This document shows positions 8,081 to 17,199 of a stretch of 17,199 bases of DNA, one piece after another. Each line of letters starts with the position of its first letter. Positions within the stretch are counted from its first letter, which is position 1. Position numbers and translations under genes: made by a program. Source of the stretch: Azolla caroliniana (lineage: Eukaryota; Plantae; Polypodiophyta); assembly GCA_043228905.1 (NCBI GenBank), contig JBHGNT010000705.1, forward strand, positions 1 through 17,199, read 5' to 3'. The notes below the pieces were generated by a model. It was not told the origin of the DNA. It did not search any database and saw only the letters and a list, made by a program, of their open reading frames with translations.

Positions 8081-11000
8081 ATTCTTAAACAGAAACTTGG
8101 TTTAATGTTTGCCTTATTGCTTCATTCTTATATGTGTCACCATCCAAAGAGCAAGGCTAATAACTGCTATTAGTAAATTTGTCATTTATAGTGGGAAAGC
8201 GAAAGTGTTTTAATGGTGGTGATAAGCTTAGATGGAAGTGGGAACCATTGAAGGACTTAACAATACAAAAGGGATATGTATTTAAAAACGAAATAAGTAC
8301 AAGACTTTTCTTGAAACAATTAATACACCTGTGTACTCGTTTTGACATATTATAGATTAGAGAGGGGTTTGCAAGTTCCAAAGAGAGGAGTTTTAATTTT
8401 GGGTTTATTATACATTAACATGGTTGTAAGCTAAGACACTCAACTTTGGGCATGGAACAGAAAAATCCATGTTGGTGCTATATAAAATGCGTTTGAAAAC
8501 ACATGTAAATGAATACAAATTTTATCAATAAAATTCATGATCTTATTTTTCTGTTTTTTATTTTGTAAAATTTAAACATGTAATTACACTCTAGTTGCCA
8601 TTCCACAATTGTGCCGGCTTCTGATTTTTATAGAGCTTATGATTTTGATGATATGTTTACTTTTTGATATTTTGATATTTAACATGGAAAATCTATTTAT
8701 TTAAAAATTTGTAATGCATCAAATTTTATACGAGCTCGAAAGAATTGACTCCAAACCTTTCTTCGAGGTTTCTTTTTAATCCATGAATCATTGAATCATT
8801 CTCGAACGTCACGATAATGTCCTCGAACAAGAATGGTTCTTTCTTTACTTTGAAGGGTAGTAAATGGGAACCATTGCTTGGTTTAGAAAACCACATATAT
8901 TATACAAAATGAAATAATTTTTAGACAATGTGCGAAGTAAGTTGTCATTAAAGCAAGCCACTTCTTGTGTGACCACATGTTATGACCAAACACATTATTA
9001 TGCTTTTAAAACAAAGGAAAAACTAATGGTTATAAAATTACCCAAACTCAACTTTAGACAAAAGTGTCTTGCACATATCTCGACTCCATTGCCATAAAAT
9101 GCCATTGCAAGTGCCTTGAGTCCCGAATATGTGGTAATTGTACAATTAGTAGGGTGGATTCTTGGAAGTACATACTTTCCAGTTAAAGACATTGTGGGAT
9201 TAATGACTTGCCCTTATGAATGTATGGGATGACGGACTTCAAAGAAAAGCTTCTTTTTTCATAAAACTTTTTCAAGAGTAAGTCCGTGCACATGTGCGTG
9301 TGTGAGTGCCGGTAAGAAGGCTAATGGTTACATTGTTAGTTAGATTGCAGTTCACATTAATAAATTAGATATGATATTTTGTATTTGAACGCCAATTATA
9401 TTTGTTAAGTCCATTCTAACTTCCAAATACGGTTGCTTATTTCGTCATGAAAGTGGCACATGTTACTATGTTTACATTTTGTTCCTATTACGTTTATGAA
9501 GACATTAGTAGGATGCTTCAATATTGATGAGGAGGGTTAATGCCCTAATAGACCACATCAACTTAAATGTAATGGGAGGGAATAATATGGCCACCACAAA
9601 TGAATACATTATGTACGACGCAAAATCTTTCATATGCATTCCACACACTACCCTTATAATGTCAACTAACTTTTAGAGCACATCGAAATAAATGTATTGG
9701 AAGACCATCATGTGGTCACCACCAAATGAGCAAATTCATTGATGCCAACATTGATAGGATACTCCATCCAACACTTAATAGGAACCCTACCAACCAAACA
9801 CTTTAACCGGCTTCAAAAGTATACATGATTCCTTTAATATTAGAATTAAATATATCTTTTCAGTAGTGGCTACTCAAATTACACATTTACTAGAACAAGT
9901 TGCACTAAGAGAAAAATGCAAGTCTTAACGAAACTATTAGACATGAGGCCCAAGGTGGTAAAAACTTACATGAGAGATATGTATGTGCAAGTGATATAGA
10001 ATGTTGTCAAAGGAATCGATTAATTAAAGTAGGTGACAATGAAGGGGATTCATTACAGTATGCCATTCTCATTTTTGTTTCGCTTATTAGGCCAAACCTT
10101 TCTTTCGCATACTAAATTTTTGGTTCCAAAATACTTGACAACTCATGAGTCATGACATGTCCTCATAGATGTTGTGTCACCATGCTTGCAACTCTTGGTT
10201 CTCTATAACCTTGTGGTTGTCTTTTGCATTTATTGATGATTTGACTCATCATTGACATTTGAGGGGAGGGTGAGAGTGAGTATTTTTACAAGAAAAACAA
10301 AGAGACAATCTATATTGAATTGAGTACTTGATTACTTAGTGTAAGTTAACTTCGATCATGACCATGACCAACATATTACAATACTAGATAATACTCCCCA
10401 CTCATTGAGAGGGACTCGTATGACATGTTATTTTAAAAAAGGCTGCACAAAAACTAACTACAAGTGTCTAGTAAACCACTGCTAATGGCTCTATCATTTT
10501 AATGTCGTAGAGGTGAGGAACATGAACATCCACATTGTCACATCAATAGAATTGATAAAAAGGATACTAGCTATTTCTTGGGAGATTCCCTGGAGTTTAA
10601 CCACTACTTAGACCTCAACTAGCAAAAACCACACAAATGTATTTTATTTTGAAACTTTAGAATTCAAAGGTGGTTATAAGGAAATTTCGGAGACCAAGCA
10701 ACACTGAATGTGGTGTACTATTTTTGCTACCTTCTTGAATTGGAGTGCAGAGATTATTTGAGATTGAGAGATGAAGGATCTCAATTGCTCATATGAAGAT
10801 GAAACTTACATCTATAGGGGTAAAAGGACTCTCACATAGACACAACTAAAAATGGATGAAGCAAAATTGTAGCACAAGCTCTCTTGATTTAGGCATTGAT
10901 AAAATTTTGAGATATTTTTAGACACAATCTCTTCTCAGGCTAAATATCTAAGAATAGCACATTTAACTATACACATTTAAGCAAACCTCTTGGGCTAATG

Positions 11001-11269
11001 TGAAACCAATTCATGAATCAAGTTCAAAAACAAAGAAACACAAAGAAACAAACCTATGGATCTCAAACGTAACTACAAATAAAATCACATCACTATTATC
11101 ATATAAGCAAATCTTAGCTGTTAGAATCTAGATAAGCAAAACATCCAAACACAAACACACACGAGAATTTAAATTAACAACATTTTTAATCCATGTTCAT
11201 CTAAATCAAAATGTGTTACTATGCAATAAGGGAAATCGGATGGGATAGGAATGCAGTGATCGACCCTAT

Positions 11270-11412
11270 GTTGGATTGGCTTGGAAATTTGATTGATCAA
11301 TCGATGGATTGGATTGGATTGCATTATCTGATGGGTGGATGGGTTGGATTTCACTGGATTGCTCGACTCTTCTTCCCTTGGGAAGTTGATTGATTGGATT
11401 GGATTGGATTGG
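11270..11412. repeat. Degenerate (GGATT)n / (CCAAT)n pentanucleotide repeat downstream of the protease stop
   Basis: ggattggattggattgcatt at 11306 and gattggattggattggattgga at 11392, with decayed units between. Confidence 0.75.
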
Positions 11413-11600
11413 AAAGGAATGATGCTAAAATTCTAGGGTTATGACTGGAATTTTACACTTGTTGGGGTATAATACACATGTGGGAGGAAGGGAAAGAGGA
11501 AGAAGAGAGAAGAATGGATAAAAAATAAAAAAGGAAAAGAAAGAAAGAAAATGATGAAGGGAGTGTGGGTTGAGCTAAATAGCAAAAAGCAAATGAATTG

Positions 11601-13241
11601 TCATGAATGGCAATCGGTCGGGCCCGCAAACCCGAGCCGGGAATTCTGGTTGTCGAACACGAACATGAAGTTTTGTTGAATGAGGTTTCCGAGGACCGAG
11701 AACCCGACGGTCGATTGGATACCCCGTAACCCCAAGCACTTGATCTCGGCACTTGGGTCCACACTAATGAAAACATTCCCATTGGGCGGGGGGTCGAACG
11801 TGGCACCCCCGGACATCACGATGGACAGCTTGGGAAGCCTTTCGGACAAGACACCTTGCTCGATCCCGGTGGCATTGACGCATAGGTCGAAACCTTGGGC
11901 GGGCGGGGCGAGCCTGGGGAGCTTGGACACGGCCAGGCTCTCGGACATGGCGGCCAAGATCGGGGCGTACGCGGGCTGCAAGAAAGCCGAGAGCGTGGTG
12001 CCCGAGTCGAGGATCGTGCCCCCGTTACCCGCTGGATCGATCCGCCAGACCTCGGCCGGGATGGAGAGAAGCTTCCCGTCTACGCGGACACCCTCTATGC
12101 CAATATAGTATGGGGTCTGGGCGAACGGATTTTGCAACATTGGAGTGTATTGTAAAGAAAGGGAAGACGCATTCGGTAGTGGTGGTAGTGCTACAGAGGA
12201 GCCGCCAGCCCCGATCGTTAGATAGCTCTCTCGAGCCGGGACCTTGAAGAAATCGACAAGGCAATACGAGAATTCGGTCCCGACTTGAGTGACCAAGGAG
12301 ATGGGGCCTCTCCCGAGGCCGAGAACACCGTCAGAGCCGACAAAGCTCTGGCCCCGGTTGTGTAGCCCGCACCCGAATGCAATGCCCGGCAACACCTTGA
12401 CAAGCCCGCCATTGCCCGAAGAAGACGGAGGAGGTTTGGTTGATGGATTTCCTCCTACTAGTGGTGAGCTCTCGGACGAAAAACCGAGAGATACCGAGTC
12501 GCGCGAGAAGACCCCGATGCTCTCGGACGTGTCGGAGTAGGAGTAGTCATAGGAGCATGTGCTGCCCCCCGGGATGCGGATATTGCATGAGAAGTTCGGT
12601 GGGGCGGGCACGAGGAGGCAATCTTGAGAGAGGCAAGGGATGGGGCGATAGGTGGACGAGGCGCGCGCGATGAAAGTAGTGGTCAAACTAACCGATGAGG
12701 TATCATTGTTGTTACTAGGGCTCGAGCTCGGCCCAGTGCAGCTTGTCTTGCATAGGGAGCATCGGGCCCAGATTAGGTCGCTACCCGTGTCGGCGATCAA
12801 CATGAGCTTCTGGGGTGGGGTCCCTAGTGCAAACTCCACGAAGTATTGTCCGGCTCCTACCGACGCGCCCGAAGTCACGGCAGTTTGGAGGCCAGAGGCC
12901 GGCGAAGAAGAAGATGATGATGATGTAGTAGTAGTAGCCATGGAAGCTCTATAGAATTTGAGGCGGGACGACACCATGGTATGGAACCGGGCCTCGTCCG
13001 AGAGGCGCAACTCTTGGATGAGGGCCGATCGGCTTAGGTGTGAATGCGACGGCATCGAGCTGATATGCCGTAATGGGAGCCGAGCTAATTGTTGTCTCGG
13101 CTGGTCGGATACATCATTGTTCTGGGCATATATTTGGTGGCCATTGTTGGATTGAGCCAGTGATATGGTAGTGGAGAAGAAGAAGAAGAAGAAGGTATAT
13201 AATAAGAGAAGGTTAGCATTGAATCTTTGAAGAGGAAGCAT
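11601..13241 (-). CDS. Secreted A1-family aspartic protease, nepenthesin/CDR1-like (TAXi_N + TAXi_C type), intronless, 546 aa
   Basis: Hydrophobic signal peptide (LLLLYTFFFFFFSTTISLA) and a propeptide. GAGQYFVEFALGTPPQ...IADTGSDLIW carries the first catalytic Asp and GGTILDSGTTL the second. Also a Cys-rich insert, FGCG, GVLGLGRGPISLVTQ, FSYCL, VLGNLIQQN and a C-terminal RLGFA..DC. No saposin-like plant-specific insert is seen. Confidence 0.97.
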   Translation of the reverse strand: MLPLQRFNANLLLLYTFFFFFFSTTISLAQSNNGHQIYAQNNDVSDQPRQQLARLPLRHISSMPSHSHLSRSALIQELRLSDEARFHTMVSSRLKFYRASMATTTTSSSSSSSPASGLQTAVTSGASVGAGQYFVEFALGTPPQKLMLIADTGSDLIWARCSLCKTSCTGPSSSPSNNNDTSSVSLTTTFIARASSTYRPIPCLSQDCLLVPAPPNFSCNIRIPGGSTCSYDYSYSDTSESIGVFSRDSVSLGFSSESSPLVGGNPSTKPPPSSSGNGGLVKVLPGIAFGCGLHNRGQSFVGSDGVLGLGRGPISLVTQVGTEFSYCLVDFFKVPARESYLTIGAGGSSVALPPLPNASSLSLQYTPMLQNPFAQTPYYIGIEGVRVDGKLLSIPAEVWRIDPAGNGGTILDSGTTLSAFLQPAYAPILAAMSESLAVSKLPRLAPPAQGFDLCVNATGIEQGVLSERLPKLSIVMSGGATFDPPPNGNVFISVDPSAEIKCLGLRGIQSTVGFSVLGNLIQQNFMFVFDNQNSRLGFAGPTDCHS

Positions 13242-13312
13242 GGTATATGTGGAAATAGAAGGAGTGAGTGACTAATTGTCTCTACCTCTGTTTTCTAGAT
13301 ACTTAGTTCTTC

Positions 13313-13320
13313 TTTAAATA
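13313..13320 (-). promoter_or_regulatory. Candidate TATA-like element (TATTTAAA) of the aspartic protease; alternative CTATAAG at 13605-13611
   Basis: About 70 nt upstream of the ATG, followed by pyrimidine-rich TCACTCAC initiator-like sequence. The second candidate immediately precedes the (CT)n tract. The TSS is not known. Confidence 0.3.
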
Positions 13321-13572
13321 GGTACTAAAAATCAGTGGGTATCAGACTCGAGACTTCACAACAACCAGAAGGAAGAAGAAAGGCAAAAAGCAAAGAACCA
13401 AAACAATAACAATCTTTAGCTATAGAAGGAGGAGGAGGAGGAGGAGAGGAGAAGAAGAAGAAGTGTTTCACATTCACTTCTCACAGATCTAAATGGTATG
13501 AGTTCACTTCACTCTTTTTTGCTTTTTTTCTTCTGCTTCTTCTAACTTTAGCAGTAGAAGAAAAAGGAAAGA

Positions 13573-13604
13573 AGAGAGAGAGAGAGAGAGAGTGAGAGAG
13601 AGAG
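13573..13604. repeat. (AG)n / (CT)n microsatellite in the protease promoter or 5' leader
   Basis: (AG)10-TG-(AG)5. A (GAG)n/(GAA)n tract also lies at ~13425-13463. Confidence 0.9.
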
Positions 13605-13725
13605 CTTATAGCTAAATTAAAACATCCTCTTATTCTAGCCCCTTGCTTGGTGAGAGAGAAGTCTTTTTCACTACACTCTCTTGGTGCTTTTTAAAGCATT
13701 TCCGAATAGATACAAACACTCACAC

Positions 13726-13753
13726 ATGTATGTATGTATGTATGTATGTATGT
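13726..13753. repeat. (ATGT)7 microsatellite; a second (ATGT)4 at 13828-13843
   Basis: Direct reading. Confidence 0.9.
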
Positions 13754-16451
13754 AGGTAGGTATGCACATATGAATGGATGTATTGTCGGGAACTCATAGA
13801 GCCACACTCATATCTATGCACAAAAACATGTATGTATGTATGTGTTGCTAGAACTCATATTGTGTGTGTATGAATCAATTCTAGTGTTGCCATTGTGGTG
13901 ATACAAGTTTGAACAATACATACATACGTACATGAGAGATGTAATTAATCAATTGCTTTGGATGTGCACATACACCTGGGTGTGTGCATATGAGAGAGAG
14001 AATGGGGCAATGCCAAAGTAAGGTGAACACAATTGGTTGTTTGTAACCATAAGTGAGCGACCTGTTGCACACAAATTGGTGTTTGGAATCAGCGTGTGGC
14101 ATTGCTCGTGCTAAAATAAACTCCCCTTTCGGGCTTCTTAGAAACAAACCGAGTGGATGTGTCCAATGCCACAACTTTTATTGACAAAGTAAATGTACCA
14201 ATTGGATGTGTATGCCAGTTGGGGGTATTGCTCCCTCATAAAGTAAATGTGCAATTTGGCCGTATCTGCTACTCGCACTTAGTTGGGTTTGTACAACTTG
14301 GTTGTCCTAAATAACAACATCTTGTCTAATCGAACTAGAGTTTGACTTTATTTGACGTTATAGGACTTTGACTATCTTATAGCTGTATGATCAAGTAGTT
14401 TTTGGATTTCATTTTTTAACCTTACAATCAATGGGTACTAGTTAGAAATACTTTCGGTTTGGTAGTAGAGCTAGAAAACAAATTACAATTGCTTGCCCAT
14501 TCCCCACCAAGGATTTAACCCTTTGAATCAAATAGTGTCACCTTCGCCTTAAGTTTTACAGGTTACAAATTAGAAAATGAACATTTTGGCTTCTTACACT
14601 CCTTCAAACATTAGCTGGAATGGTAAATCTCGACTTTCGACGTGAAAGTTTGGTTTGAATCGTCAAGAAAACTTTTAAGGAAACAAACTCAATGGAGTAG
14701 GTAATAACCATGTATGTTCTACGAAGATGATGAATCTTCGAAGGAGGAATTCTATCATAAAATAATGATTTTTCAGTGACATATGTCTTTTCACATAAAA
14801 TAACAATACATGTCAATGTCATCTTCCCCTGGCAATGACAACGACAACAATGTGGTCACATCGTATGGGTCTCATTTTCTATGTTTGGTTGTTTGGTTGA
14901 CAAGCTATATGGAACAATTTGTCTTTTTAGAAAGATCGATCCAACACCTTTATCATCTTCCCTATGAACCTTATCACTTATGCTTAAGATGCAAATTGAA
15001 TATTGTACTTGTATTATCTCAAAAACTTTAGAGATGAAACATAAGTAATTTGTTGGCATATGCTTGCAAGCTCTTTTTGAGTGACATAAGACTATTTTAC
15101 AATCACAATTAATGTTTTTATGGACATGCATCGATTGGAATAAAGTGAGGTGGGCTCATCCATAATAATAACATGCTAGATAATACGCAAGCACACAACT
15201 ATTTATTTGGGTGCACATGCATGATAAAAAGGCGAACCCTTGCATTCATGGACATAAACATTGCTCTAGTTTCACACACAAGAAATGTACCTTTGAGATA
15301 AGAAGCATTCCTTTGTTACCTCTACGAAACGCATTGGGTCAAGGTTTCACTGTAAGCTTGTCTTTTTTCATATTCCATCTTGTGCCATGAAGACCATTTG
15401 TCATCCTACTTGATCCTCTATTTGTGCACATGTAGGAATTCCTCGACATGGATTGTGCCAACAATCTCAAATAATATACCAATGATAAAAGGTTGATTGT
15501 ATGTGTAGCTAATATACCATTTTTTTTATTGTGTGCATGATATCCGTGCATTTTTAGAAGCTACATTACTGATCAAGTATCATTCCAAAAATAATGATCA
15601 TGAAAGTGAGCATATTGTGAACATGTTGCAATCATAGGATTGTGCTAACAAGATAGTGCAAAACATGAATGATCTTATAAGCACATTGCACGCTTCACAA
15701 TGCTTGTACTTGAACTTGTATTGGATTCCATGAGTAATGCTACTCTTAAGTTCTATACTAGAAAATGTTTATAGTATCAATGATTGTGGCATTGGACAAT
15801 GATTTTACACAACAAGGATTGATTGTTTCTCAAAAATGGCCCGTTCAAGAAGGCAAGGGCAAAGGTACAAGAAGAGACAAGGGTGGTGGAAAACAAGTGA
15901 ATATAAGTGATTAGAGAAAGCTTATAGGGAATCCTTTGATGTTGTTTAATCTATAGAATAAGCAAAGCATGGACAATGTCAAATCTTCGACACAATATGT
16001 GGGCCTTCCTTCAAAAAGGGTTTGGTTGTGTACGATGACATTAGAGATTAGATTAGGTCTAGTTGGAAAGAGAAAGCAAACAACTTCAAAGAGTGATGAA
16101 GGTGAAATAAAAGCACCTTCAAATTTCATGAGACCTTTAACTTTTAAGTTGGTCGATCCTTAGGGCATGACCGGGGGTTTTAACGCGAACGGCTATTGAA
16201 TATGTAAAGTTTTATCAATCTATAAACCCCGTACACCTTAGAATTTCACGAGACATGTAATGTTTGGAAATGCATGATATCAGAATGTATAAAGTTTGAT
16301 CAAACATCTAAAACCTTCCAAGGGCATTATATACATGTCCTATATTAAACAAAGTTTACATTTACAACTTTAATGAGCATATACTAACTTCGTTAGCGAT
16401 CATACTTGGATGTCATCATGGAGATTTTGAGCAATGTTTCCTTTGCTTGTC

Positions 16452-17082
16452 TCAATTTCCTTATGTTTTTAGTTGCTTTTTCTTTGAAGACTAGAGTTAT
16501 GAGCCATGTGTCAATAATGTGGTAACATCATGTGCCATGTTCTCAATCATAAAATCAAGGAGTTCGTTAGGGCTTGTATATTAATTGTGTTAATTAAAAA
16601 TTAATCAATTACTCTAACATTGAGTCACGATATTGTCTAGTCACATAAGTGAATATTAATGTTGTGGTTAATGTTCAAATGCAAATGGTTAGGAACTTAT
16701 CAAAGTAATTAGCAAAGTGGTTCATGCTAAAATGATAAGTTTTTTTGTCATCATTAAGTAGTTTCAATTTTCTTATGATTTTAGTTGCTTTTTCTTCCAA
16801 GTCTAGAGTTATGAACCAAGTGACAATAATGTCTACACATCATGTGCCGTTTGCTCAATCAAAACCAAGTAGTTCAATATGAGAGGTGTACTAAGAGAGC
16901 TTGTATATTTAATTGTGTTTATTAAAAATTAATCAATAACTCCAACACTAAGTCATAATATTGTATAGTCACATAAGTTAAGATTAACATGGTGATTAGT
17001 GTTTTAACGAGTGATTAGGAACGTATCAAAGTAATTAGAATTATGATTAATGCTAATATAATGAGTGTATTATCATTAGTAG
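16452..17082. repeat. Old tandem duplication, two ~310-bp AT-rich copies (16452..16761 and 16764..17082)
   Basis: Collinear shared blocks: ttttagttgctttttctt, ctagagttatga, caataatgt, acatcatgtgcc, gcttgtatatt, attaaaaattaatcaat, tagtcacataagt, ttaggaac-tatcaaagtaattag. Copy 2 has a short insertion near 16877-16897. Confidence 0.92.
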
Positions 17083-17199
17083 AGTAATCAAAATACAAAC
17101 TATTAATAATGAATGCTAACCACAATGTCATAGATCAAATGCTCATTATAATTAGCACTATCCACAAATGGTATTTGATACGTCTCAAGCATTAAACAC

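Noticed and set aside
10261-10275. GAGGGGAGGG-TG resembling an LTR polypurine tract and LTR start
   Set aside because: No second LTR, PBS, TSD or recognisable RT/RNase H/integrase residues nearby.
11680-13155. Several + strand and alternate-frame ORFs (up to 142 aa) overlapping the protease
   Set aside because: These are shadow ORFs expected from a GC-rich coding sequence; they have no recognisable motifs.
13367-13545. Purine-rich and pyrimidine-rich tracts that might fold into a miRNA-like hairpin
   Set aside because: Low-complexity complementarity with many mismatches; no defined duplex.
14604-15551. Minus-strand peptides vaguely like Copia integrase (ATHTINLL; YDRIPPSKIHH)
   Set aside because: The similarity is too short and not collinear enough to support; it needs BLASTX.
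16172-16231. Short inverted repeat CGGGG(G)TTT / AAACCCCG
   Set aside because: Only ~8 bp with no TSD or other support; compatible with chance.

Overview
Eukaryotic, land-plant nuclear DNA (AT-rich, GT-AG introns, MITEs, microsatellites); the species cannot be determined from the sequence. It holds two convergent protein-coding genes. (1) On the + strand are the last nine coding exons (1662..7083; 373 aa plus stop in the window) of a DE-ETIOLATED1 (DET1) homologue, whose 5' exons lie upstream of the window. The ORF track shows it only as scattered fragments, but all eight introns have GT-AG ends and consistent phase. (2) On the - strand is an intronless, GC-rich 546-aa secreted A1-family (nepenthesin-like) aspartic protease (11601..13241). 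The DET1 introns carry three small non-autonomous DNA-transposon-like elements (Mutator-, hAT- and probably PIF/Harbinger-type), a 217-bp-period tandem duplication with an inverted templated filler at its junction, and a possibly decayed antisense coding fragment. The intergenic and upstream DNA contains several tandem duplications and microsatellites. I found no convincing new multi-gene system. The best leads are the divergence of this DET1 at normally conserved positions, the repair-scar and fold-back structures in its 3-kb intron, and a lone AUG-stop mini-uORF in the protease leader.
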